DNA of 64,000 nucleotides, taken from contig OZ024745.1 in assembly GCA_964016885.1 (NCBI GenBank), forward strand, positions 42,222,001-42,286,000, read 5' to 3'. Made by a program: the position numbers and the translations under genes. The DNA is from Eledone cirrhosa (taxonomy: Eukaryota). Below are positions 11,200 to 23,799 of this stretch, in pieces; positions within the stretch are counted from its first letter, which is position 1, and each line of letters opens with the position of its first letter. The notes beneath the pieces are model-generated. The model was not told the origin of the DNA and did no database searches. It saw only the letters and a program-made list of their open reading frames with translations.

Positions 11200-14100
11200 T
11201 AGATTGCAGAGTGACTCCTGGCTTCGTTGAAGTATAGTCTAACCATTGTTGCAGATGACTTGATGACTAGGCAATACAATGCAGAGTGACTCCTGGCTTC
11301 AGGGAAGTATAGTCTCACCTTATTGCAGATGACTAGATGATTAGGCAATAGAATGTAGAGTGACTCCTGGCTTCAGTGAACTATAGTGTCACCTTATTGC
11401 AGATGACTAGATGACTAGGCAATAGAATGCAGAGTGACTCCTGGCTTCAGTGAACTATAGTCTCACCTTATTGCTGATGACTAGATGACTAGGCAATAGA
11501 ATGCATAGTGACTCCTGGCTTCAGTGAACTATAGTCTCACCTTGTTGCAGATGACTAGATGACTGGGCAATAGAATGCAGAGTGAGTCCTGGCTTCAGTG
11601 AACTATAGTCTCACCTTATTACAGATGACTAGATGACTACGCAATAGAATGCAGAGTGACTCCTGGCTTCGGTGAAGTATAGTCTAACCATTGTTGCAGA
11701 TGACTAGATGACTAGGCAATACAATGTAGAGTGACTCCTGGCTTCAGTGAAGTTCAGTCTCACCTTATTGCAGATGACTAAATGACTAGACAATAGAATG
11801 CAGAGTGACTCCTGTCTTCAGTGAAGTATAGTCTCACCTTATTGCAGATGACTAGATGACTAGGCAATAGAATGCAGAATGACTCCTGGCTTCTGTGAAC
11901 TATAGTCTCACCTTATTGCTGATGACTAGATGACTAGGCAATAGAATGCAGAGTGACTCCTGGCTTCTGTGAACTGTAGTCTAACCATTGTTGCAGATGA
12001 CTAGATGACTAGGCAATAGATTGCAGAGTGACTCCGGGCTTCAGTGAAGTATAGTCTCACCTTATTGCAGATGACTAGATGACTGGGCAATAGAATGCAG
12101 ATTGACTCCTGGCTTCAGTGAACTATAGTCTCACCTTATTGCAGATGACAAGATGACTAGGCAGTAGAATGCAGAGTGATTCCTGGCTTCAGTGAAGTAT
12201 ATTCTAATCATTGTTGCAGATGACTAGATGACTAGGCAATAGAATGCAGAGTGACTCCTGGCTTCAGTAAACAATAGTGTCCCCTTATTGCAGATGACTA
12301 GATGACTAGGCAATAGAATGCAGTGACTCCTGGCTTCTGTGAACTATAGTCTAACCATTGTTGCAGATGAGTAGATGACTAGGCAATAGATTGCAGAGTG
12401 ACTCCTGGCTTCGTTGAAGTATAGTCTAACCCTTGTTGCAGATGACTTGATGACTAGGCAATACAATGCAGAGTGACTCCTGGCTTCAGGGAAGTAGAGT
12501 CTCACCTTATTGCAGATGACTAGATGATTAGGCAATAGAATGCAGAGTGACTCCTGGCTTCAGTGAACTATAGTGTCACCTTATTGCAGATGACTAGATG
12601 ACTAGGCAATAGAATGCAGAGTGACTCCTGGCTTCAGTGAACTATAGTCTCACATTATTGCTGATGACTAGATGACTAGGCAATAGAATGCATAGTGACT
12701 CCTGGCTTCAGTGAACTATAGTCTCACCTTGTTGCAGATGACTAGATGACTGGGCAATAGAATGCAGAGTGACTCCTGGCTTCAGTGAACTATAGTCTCA
12801 CCTTATTACAGATGACTAGATGACTACGCAATAGAATGCAGAGTGACTCCTGGCTTCGGTGAAGTATAGTCTAACCATTGTTGCAGATGACTAGATGACT
12901 AGGCAATACAATGCAGAGTGACTCCTGGCTTCAGTGAAGTTCAGTCTCACCTTATTGCAGATGACTAAATGACTAGACAATAGAATGCAGAGTGACTCCT
13001 GGCTTCAGTGAACTATAGTCTCACATTATTGCAGATGACTAGAAAACTAGGCAATAGAATGCAGAGTGACTCCTGGCTTCTGTGAACTGTAGTCTAGCCA
13101 TTGTTGCAGATGACTAGATGACTAGGCAATAGATTGCAGAGTGACTCCGGGCTTCAGTGAAGTATAGTCTCACCTTATTGCAGATGACTAGATGACTAGG
13201 CAATAGAATGCAGAGTGACTCCTGGCTTCAGGGAACTATAGTCTCACATTATTGCAGATGACTAGAAAACTAGGCAATAGAATGCAGAGTGACTCCTGGC
13301 TTCTGTGAACTGTAGTCTAGCCATTGTTGCAGATGACTAGATGACTAGGCAATAGATTGCAGAGTGACTCCGGGCTTCAGTGAAGTATAGTCTCACCTTA
13401 TTGCAGATGACTAGATGACTAGGCAATAGAATGCAGAGTGACTCCTGGCTTCAGTGAACTATTGTCTCACCTTATTGCAGATGACTAGATGACTAGGCAG
13501 TAGAATGCAGAGTGACTCCTGGCTTCAGTGAAGTATAGTCTAATCATTGTTGCAGATGACTAGATGACTAAGCAATAGAATGCAGAGTGACTCCTGGCTT
13601 CTGTGAACTATAGTCTCACCTTATTGCAGATGACTAGATGACTAGGCAATAGAATGCAGAGTGACTCCTGGCTTCTGTGAACTGTAGTCTAACCATTGTT
13701 GCAGATGACTAGATGACTAGGCAATAGATTGCAGAGTGACTCCGGGCTTCAGTGAAGTATAGTCTCACCTTATTGCAGATGACTAGATGACTGGGCAATA
13801 GAATGCAGATTGACTCCTGGCTTCAGTGAACTATAGTCTCACCTTATTGCAGATGACTAGATGACTAGGCAGTAGAATGCAGAGTGACTCCTGGCTTCAG
13901 TGAAGTATAGTCTAATCATTGTTGCAGATGACTAGATGACTAGGCAATAGAATGCAGAGTGACTCCTGGCTTCAGTAAACAATAGTGTCACCTTATTGCA
14001 GATGACTAGATGACTAGGCAATAGATTGCAGAGTGACTCCTGGCTTCGTTGAAGTATAGTCTAACCATTGTTGCAGATGACTTGATGACTAGGCAATACA

Positions 14101-16840
14101 ATGCAGAGTGACTCCTGGCTTCAGGGAAGTATAGTCTCACCTTATTGCAGATGACTAGATGATTAGGCAATAGAATGTAGAGTGACTCCTGGCTTCAGTG
14201 AACTATAGTGTCACCTTATTGCAGATGACTAGATGACTAGGCAATAGAATGCAGAGTGACTCCTGGCTTCAGTGAACTATAGTCTCACCTTATTGCTGAT
14301 GACTAGATGACTAGGCAATAGAATGCATAGTGACTCCTGGCTTCAGTGAACTATAGTCTCACCTTGTTGCAGATGACTAGATGACTGGGCAATAGAATGC
14401 AGAGTGAGTCCTGGCTTCAGTGAACTATAGTCTCACCTTATTACAGATGACTAGATGACTACGCAATAGAATGCAGAGTGACTCCTGGCTTCGGTGAAGT
14501 ATAGTCTAACCATTGTTGCAGATGACTAGATGACTAGGCAATACAATGCAGAGTGACTCCTGGCTTCAGTGAAGTTCAGTCTCACCTTATTGCAGATGAC
14601 TAAATGACTAGACAATAGAATGCAGAGTGACTCCTGTCTTCAGTGAAGTATAGTCTCACCTTATTGCAGATGACTAGATGACTAGGCAATAGAATGCAGA
14701 ATGACTCCTGGCTTCTGTGAACTATAGTCTCACCTTATTGCTGATGACTAGATGACTAGGCAATAGAATGCAGAGTGACTCCTGGCTTCTGTGAACTGTA
14801 GTCTAACCATTGTTGCAGATGACTAGATGACTAGGCAATAGATTGCAGAGTGACTCCGGGCTTCAGTGAAGTATAGTCTCACCTTATTGCAGATGACTAG
14901 ATGACTGGGCAATAGAATGCAGATTGACTCCTGGCTTCAGTGAACTATAGTCTCACCTTATTGCAGATGACAAGATGACTAGGCAGTAGAATGCAGAGTG
15001 ATTCCTGGCTTCAGTGAAGTATATTCTAATCATTGTTGCAGATGACTAGATGACTAGGCAATAGAATGCAGAGTGACTCCTGGCTTCAGTAAACAATAGT
15101 GTCCCCTTATTGCAGATGACTAGATGACTAGGCAATAGAATGCAGTGACTCCTGGCTTCTGTGAACTATAGTCTAACCATTGTTGCAGATGAGTAGATGA
15201 CTAGGCAATAGATTGCAGAGTGACTCCTGGCTTCGTTGAAGTATAGTCTAACCCTTGTTGCAGATGACTTGATGACTAGGCAATACAATGCAGAGTGACT
15301 CCTGGCTTCAGGGAAGTAGAGTCTCACCTTATTGCAGATGACTAGATGATTAGGCAATAGAATGCAGAGTGACTCCTGGCTTCAGTGAACTATAGTGTCA
15401 CCTTATTGCAGATGACTAGATGACTAGGCAATAGAATGCAGAGTGACTCCTGGCTTCAGTGAACTATAGTCTCACATTATTGCTGATGACTAGATGACTA
15501 GGCAATAGAATGCATAGTGACTCCTGGCTTCAGTGAACTATAGTCTCACCTTGTTGCAGATGACTAGATGACTGGGCAATAGAATGCAGAGTGACTCCTG
15601 GCTTCAGTGAACTATAGTCTCACCTTATTACAGATGACTAGATGACTACGCAATAGAATGCAGAGTGACTCCTGGCTTCGGTGAAGTATAGTCTAACCAT
15701 TGTTGCAGATGACTAGATGACTAGGCAATACAATGCAGAGTGACTCCTGGCTTCAGTGAAGTTCAGTCTCACCTTATTGCAGATGACTAAATGACTAGAC
15801 AATAGAATGCAGAGTGACTCCTGGCTTCAGTGAACTATAGTCTCACATTATTGCAGATGACTAGAAAACTAGGCAATAGAATGCAGAGTGACTCCTGGCT
15901 TCTGTGAACTGTAGTCTAGCCATTGTTGCAGATGACTAGATGACTAGGCAATAGATTGCAGAGTGACTCCGGGCTTCAGTGAAGTATAGTCTCACCTTAT
16001 TGCAGATGACTAGATGACTAGGCAATAGAATGCAGAGTGACTCCTGGCTTCAGGGAACTATAGTCTCACATTATTGCAGATGACTAGAAAACTAGGCAAT
16101 AGAATGCAGAGTGACTCCTGGCTTCTGTGAACTGTAGTCTAGCCATTGTTGCAGATGACTAGATGACTAGGCAATAGATTGCAGAGTGACTCCGGGCTTC
16201 AGTGAAGTATAGTCTCACCTTATTGCAGATGACTAGATGACTAGGCAATAGAATGCAGAGTGACTCCTGGCTTCAGTGAACTATTGTCTCACCTTATTGC
16301 AGATGACTAGATGACTAGGCAGTAGAATGCAGAGTGACTCCTGGCTTCAGTGAAGTATAGTCTAATCATTGTTGCAGATGACTAGATGACTAAGCAATAG
16401 AATGCAGAGTGACTCCTGGCTTCTGTGAACTATAGTCTCACCTTATTGCAGATGACTAGATGACTAGGCAATAGAATGCAGAGTGACTCCTGGCTTCTGT
16501 GAACTGTAGTCTAACCATTGTTGCAGATGACTAGATGACTAGGCAATAGATTGCAGAGTGACTCCGGGCTTCAGTGAAGTATAGTCTCACCTTATTGCAG
16601 ATGACTAGATGACTGGGCAATAGAATGCAGATTGACTCCTGGCTTCAGTGAACTATAGTCTCACCTTATTGCAGATGACTAGATGACTAGGCAGTAGAAT
16701 GCAGAGTGACTCCTGGCTTCAGTGAAGTATAGTCTAATCATTGTTGCAGATGACTAGATGACTAGGCAATAGAATGCAGAGTGACTCCTGGCTTCAGTAA
16801 ACAATAGTGTCACCTTATTGCAGATGACTAGATGACTAGG
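11200..16840. repeat. Tandem duplication of a 2822-bp (38-monomer) block
   Basis: Rare variants recur at offset 2822: TGTAG at 11354/14176 and the identical supplied ORFs at 12344/15166. GTCCCCTT, GACAAGA and ACTAAGC are also shared. Confidence 0.9.
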
Positions 16841-17399
16841 CAATAGAATGCAGTGACTCCTGGCTTCTGTGAACTATAGTCTAACCATTGTTGCAGATGA
16901 CTAGATGACTAGGCAATAGATTGCAGAGTGACTCCTGGCTTCAGTGAACTATAGTCTCACCTTATTGCAGATGACTAGATGACTGGGCAATAGAATGCAG
17001 TGACTCCTGGCTTCTGTGAACTATAGACTAACCATTGTTGCAGATGACTAGATGACTAGGCAATAGATTGCAGAGTGACTCCTGGCTTCGTTGAAGTATA
17101 GTCTAACCCTTGTTGCAGATGACTTGATGACTAGGCAATACAATGCAGAATGACTCCTGGCTTCAGGGAAGTAGAGTCTCCCCTTATTGCAGATGACTAG
17201 ATGTTTAGGCAATAGAATGCAGAGTGACTCCTGGCTTCAGTGAACTATAGTGTCACCTTATTGCAGATGACTAGATGACTAGGCAATAGAATGCAGAGTG
17301 ACTCCTGGCTTCAGTGAACTATAGTCTCACAAGATTGCTGATGACTAGATGACTAGGCAATAGAATGCATAGTGACTCCTGGCTTCAGTGAACTATAGT

Positions 17400-20300
17400 C
17401 TCACCTTGTTGCAGATGTCTAGATGACTGGGCAATAGAATGCAGAGTGACTACTGGCCTCAGTGAACTATAGTCTCACCTTATTACAGATGACTAGATGA
17501 CTACGCAATAGAATGCAGAGTGACTCCTGGCTTCGGTGAAGTATAGTCTAACCATTGTTGCAGATGACTAGATGACTAGGCAATACAATGCAGAGTGACT
17601 CCTGGCTTCAGTGAAGTTCAGTCTCACCTTATTGCAGATGACTAAATGACTAGACAATAGAATGCAGAGTGACTCCTGTCTTCAGTGAAGTATAGTCTCA
17701 CCTTATTGCAGATGACTAGATGACTAGGCAATAGAATGCAGAGTGACTCCTGGCTTCTGTGAACTATAGTCTCACCTTATTGCTGATGACTAGATGACTA
17801 GGCAATAGAATGCAGAGTGACTCCTGGCTTCTGTGAACTGTAGTCTAACCATTGTTGCAGATGATTAGATGACTAGGCAATAGATTGCAGAGTGACTCCG
17901 GGCTTCAGTGAAGTATAGTCTCACCTTATTGCAGATGACTAGATGACTGGGCAATAGAATGCAGATTGACTCCTGGCTTCAGTGAACTATAGTCTCACCT
18001 TATTGCAGATGACTAGATGACTAGGCAGTAGAATGCAGAGTGACTCCTGGCTTCAGTGAAGTATATTCTAATCATTGTTGCAGATGACTAGATGACTAGG
18101 CAATAGAATGCAGAGTGACTCCTGGCTTCAGTAAACAATAGTGTCACCTTATTGCAGATGACTAGATGACTAGGCAATAGAATGCAGTGACTCCTGGCTT
18201 CTGTGAACTATAGTCTAACCATTGTTGCAGATGACTAGATGACTAGGCAATAGATTGCAGAGTGACTCCTGGCTTCGTTGAAGTATAGTCTAACCCTTGT
18301 TGCAGATGACTTGATGACTAGGCAATACAATGCAGAGTGACTCCTGGCTTCAGGGAAGTAGAGTCTCACCTTATTGCAGATGACTAGATGATTAGGCAAT
18401 AGAATGCAGAGTGACTCCTGGCTTCAGTGAACTATAGTGTCACCTTATTGCAGATGACTAGATGACTAGGCAATAGAATGCAGAGTGACTCCTGGCTTCA
18501 GTGAACTATAGTCTCACATTATTGCTGATGATTAGATGACTAGGCAATAGAATGCATAGTGACTCCTGGCTTCAGTGAACTATAGTCTCACCTTGTTGCA
18601 GATGACTAGATGACTGGGCAATAGAATGCAGAGTGACTCCTGGCTTCAGTGAACTATAGTCTCACCTTATTACAGATGACTAGATGACTACGCAATAGAA
18701 TGCAGAGTGACTCCTGGCTTCGGTGAAGTATAGTCTAACCATTGTTGCAGATGACTAGATGACTAGGCAATACAATGCAGAGTGACTCCTGGCTTCAGTG
18801 AAGTTCAGTCTCACCTTATTGCAGATGACTAAATGACTAGACAATAGAATGCAGAGTGACTCCTGGCTTCTGTGAACTATAGACTCACCTTATTGCTGAT
18901 GACTAGATGACTACGCAATAGAATGCAGAGTGACTCCTGGCTTCAGGGAACTATAGTCTCACATTATTGCAGATGACTAGAAAACTAGGCAATAGAATGC
19001 AGAGTGACTCCTGGCTTCTGTGAACTGTAGTCTAGCCATTGTTGCAGATGACTAGATGACTAGGCAATAGATTGCAGAGTGACTCCGGGCTTCAGTGAAG
19101 TATAGTCTCACCTTATTGCAGATGACTAGATGACTAGGCAATAGAATGCAGAGTGACTCCTGGCTTCAGTGAACTATTGTCTCACCTTATTGCAGATGAC
19201 TAGATGACTAGGCAGTAGAATGCAGAGTGACTCCTGGCTTCAGTGAAGTATAGTCTAATCATTGTTGCAGATGACTAGATGACTAGGCAATAGAATGCAG
19301 AGTGACTCCTGGCTTCAGTGAACTATAGTCTCACCTTATTGCTGATGACTAGATGACTAGGCAATAGAATGCATAGTGACTCCTGGCTTCAGTGAACTAT
19401 AGTCTCACCTTGTTGCAGATGACTAGATGACTGGGCAATAGAATGCAGAGTGAGTCCTGGCTTCAGTGAACTATAGTCTCACCTTATTACAGATGACTAG
19501 ATGACTACGCAATAGAATGCAGAGTGACTCCTGGCTTCGGTGAAGTATAGTCTAACCATTGTTGCAGATGACTAGATGACTAGGCAATACAATGCAGAGT
19601 GACTCCTGGCTTCAGTGAAGTTCAGTCTCACCTTATTGCAGATGACTAAATGACTAGACAATAGAATGCAGAGTGACTCCTGTCTTCAGTGAAGTATAGT
19701 CTCACCTTATTGCAGATGACTAGATGACTAGGCAATAGAATGCAGAATGACTCCTGGCTTCTGTGAACTATAGTCTCACCTTATTGCTGATGACTAGATG
19801 ACTAGGCAATAGAATGCAGAGTGACTCCTGGCTTCTGTGAACTGTAGTCTAACCATTGTTGCAGATGACTAGATGACTAGGCAATAGATTGCAGAGTGAC
19901 TCGGGGCTTCAGTGAAGTATAGTCTCACCTTATTGCAGATGACTAGATGACTGGGCAATAGAATGCAGATTGACTCCTGGCTTCAGTGAACTATAGTCTC
20001 ACCTTATTGCAGATGACTAGATGACTAGGCAGTAGAATGCAGAGTGACTCCTGGCTTCAGTGAAGTATATTCTAATCATTGTTGCAGATGACTAGATGAC
20101 TAGGCAATAGAATGCAGAGTGACTCCTGGCTTCAGTAAACAATAGTGTCACCTTATTGCAGATGACTAGATGACTAGGCAATAGAATGCAGTGACTCCTG
20201 GCTTCTGTGAACTATAGTCTAACCATTGTTGCAGATGACTAGATGACTAGGCAATAGATTGCAGAGTGACTCCTGGCTTCGTTGAAGTATAGTCTAACCC

Positions 20301-22050
20301 TTGTTGCAGATGACTTGATGACTAGGCAATACAATGCAGAGTGACTCCTGGCTTCAGGGAAGTAGAGTCTCACCTTATTGCAGATGACTAGATGATTAGG
20401 CAATAGAATGCAGAGTGACTCCTGGCTTCAGTGAACTATAGTGTCACCTTATTGCAGATGACTAGATGACTAGGCAATAGAATGCAGAGTGACTCCTGGC
20501 TTCAGTGAACTATAGTCTCACATTATTGCTGATGATTAGATGACTAGGCAATAGAATGCATAGTGACTCCTGGCTTCAGTGAACTATAGTCTCACCTTGT
20601 TGCAGATGACTAGATGACTGGGCAATAGAATGCAGAGTGACTCCTGGCTTCAGTGAACTATAGTCTCACCTTATTACAGATGACTAGATGACTACGCAAT
20701 AGAATGCAGAGTGACTCCTGGCTTCGGTGAAGTATAGTCTAACCATTGTTGCAGATGACTAGATGACTAGGCAATACAATGCAGAGTGACTCCTGGCTTC
20801 AGTGAAGTTCAGTCTCACCTTATTGCAGATGACTAAATGACTAGACAATAGAATGCAGAGTGACTCCTGGCTTCTGTGAACTATAGACTCACCTTATTGC
20901 TGATGACTAGATGACTACGCAATAGAATGCAGAGTGACTCCTGGCTTCAGGGAACTATAGTCTCACATTATTGCAGATGACTAGAAAACTAGGCAATAGA
21001 ATGCAGAGTGACTCCTGGCTTCTGTGAACTGTAGTCTAGCCATTGTTGCAGATGACTAGATGACTAGGCAATAGATTGCAGAGTGACTCCGGGCTTCAGT
21101 GAAGTATAGTCTCACCTTATTGCAGATGACTAGATGACTAGGCAATAGAATGCAGAGTGACTCCTGGCTTCAGTGAACTATTGTCTCACCTTATTGCAGA
21201 TGACTAGATGACTAGGCAGTAGAATGCAGAGTGACTCCTGGCTTCAGTGAAGTATAGTCTAATCATTGTTGCAGATGACTAGATGACTAGGCAATAGAAT
21301 GCAGAGTGACTCCTGGCTTCAGTGAACTATAGTCTCACCTTATTGCTGATGACTAGATGACTAGGCAATAGAATGCATAGTGACTCCTGGCTTCAGTGAA
21401 CTATAGTCTCACCTTGTTGCAGATGACTAGATGACTGGGCAATAGAATGCAGAGTGAGTCCTGGCTTCAGTGAACTATAGTCTCACCTTATTACAGATGA
21501 CTAGATGACTACGCAATAGAATGCAGAGTGACTCCTGGCTTCGGTGAAGTATAGTCTAACCATTGTTGCAGATGACTAGATGACTAGGCAATACAATGCA
21601 GAGTGACTCCTGGCTTCAGTGAAGTTCAGTCTCACCTTATTGCAGATGACTAAATGACTAGACAATAGAATGCAGAGTGACTCCTGTCTTCAGTGAAGTA
21701 TAGTCTCACCTTATTGCAGATGACTAGATGACTAGGCAATAGAATGCAGAATGACTCCTGGCTTCTGTGAACTATAGTCTCACCTTATTGCTGATGACTA
21801 GATGACTAGGCAATAGAATGCAGAGTGACTCCTGGCTTCTGTGAACTGTAGTCTAACCATTGTTGCAGATGACTAGATGACTAGGCAATAGATTGCAGAG
21901 TGACTCCGGGCTTCAGTGAAGTATAGTCTCACCTTATTGCAGATGACTAGATGACTGGGCAATAGAATGCAGATTGACTCCTGGCTTCAGTGAACTATAG
22001 TCTCACCTTATTGCAGATGACTAGATGACTAGGCAGTAGAATGCAGAGTG
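17400..22050. repeat. Tandem duplication with 2004-bp (27-monomer) period, about 2.3 copies
   Basis: AGACTCACC at 18881 and 20885. CTGATGATTAG, AGAAAACTAG, CTATTGTCT and GAGTGAGTCC recur at the same offset. Boundaries approximate. Confidence 0.8.
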
Positions 22051-23799
22051 ACTCCTGGCTTCAGTGAAGTATAGTCTAATCATTGTTGCAGATGACTAGA
22101 TGACTAGGCAATAGGATGCAGAGTGACTCCTGGCTTCAGTAAACAATAGTGTCACCTTATTGCAGATGACTAGATGACTAGGCAATAGAATGCAGTGACT
22201 CCTGGCTTCTGTGAACTATAGTCTAACCATTGTTGCAGATGTCTAGATGACTAGGCAATAAATTGCAGAGTGACTCCTGGCTTCAGTGAACTATAGTCTC
22301 ACATTATTGCAGATGACTAGATGACTGGGCAATAGAATGAAGTGACTCCTGGCTTCTGTGAACTATAGTCTAACCATTGTTGCAGATGACTAGATGACTA
22401 GGCAATAGAATGCAGAGTGACTCCTGGCTTCAGTGCACTATAGGCTCACCTTATTGCAGATGACTAGATGACTAGGCAATAGAATGCAGTGTGACTCCTG
22501 GCTTCAGTGAACTATAGTCTCACCTTATTGCAGATGACTAGATGACTAGGCAAAAGAATGCAGAGTGACTCCTGGCTTCAGTGAACTATAGTCTCACCTT
22601 ATTGCAGATGACTAGAAGACTAGGCAATAGAATGCAAAGTGACTCCTGGCTTTTGTGAACTGTAGTCTAACCATTGTTGCAGATGATTAGATGACTAGGC
22701 AATAGAATGCAGAGTGACTCCTGGCTTCATTGAAGTATAGTCTAACCATTGTTGCAGATGACTTGATGACTAGTAAATACAATGCAGAGTGACTCCTGGC
22801 TTCAGGGAAGTATAGTCTCACCTTATTGCAGATGACTAGATGATTAGGCAATAGAATGCAGAGTGACTCCTGGCTTCAGTGAAGTATAGTCGAAGAATTG
22901 TTGCAATAGAAGTATAGTCTAACCATTGTTGCAGATGACTAGATGGCTAGGCAATAGAATGCAGAGTGACGAGGCAATAGAATGCAGAATGACTCCTGGC
23001 TTCTGTGAACTATAGTCCCACCTTATTGCAGATGACTAGATTAACGCAATAGAATGCAGAGTGACTCCTGGCTTCAGTGAACTATAGTCTCACATTATTG
23101 CAGATGACTAGAAGACTAGGCAATAGAATGCAGAGTGACTCCTGGCTTCTGTGAACTGTAGTATAACCATTGTTGCAGATGACTAGATGACTAGGCAATA
23201 GATTGCAGAGTGACTCCGGGTTCAGTGAAGTATAGTCTCACCTTATTGCAGATGACTAGATGACTAGGCAATAGAATGCAGAGTGACTCCTGGCTACAGT
23301 GAACTATAGTCTCACCTTATTGCAGATGACTAGATGACTAGGCAATAGAATGCAGAGGGACTCCTGGCTTCAGTGAACTATAGTCTCACCTTATTGCAGA
23401 TGACTAGATGACTAGGCAAAAGAATGCAGAGTGACTCCTGGCTTCAGTGAACTATAGTCTCACCTTATTGCAGATGACTAGAAGACTAGGCAATAGAATG
23501 CAAAGTGACTCCTGGCTTTTGTGAACTGTAGTCTAACCATTGTTGCAGATGACTAGAAGACTAGGCAATAGAATGCAGAGTGACTCCTGGCTTCTGTGAA
23601 CTGTAGTATAACCATTGTTGCAGATGACTAGATGACTAGGCAATAGATTGCAGAGTGACTCCGGGTTCAGTGAAGTATAGTCTCACCTTATTGCAGATGA
23701 CTAGATGACTAGGCAATAGAATGCAGAGTGACTCCTGGCTACAGTGAACTATAGTCTCACCTTATTGCAGATGACTAGATGACTAGGCAATAGAATGCA

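Noticed and set aside
12344-12535. 63-aa minus-strand ORF (identical copy at 15166-15357)
   Set aside because: It is a chance open frame across ~2.5 monomers. The peptide mirrors the DNA repeat, 74-bp units shift the frame, and the second copy comes from the 2822-bp duplication.
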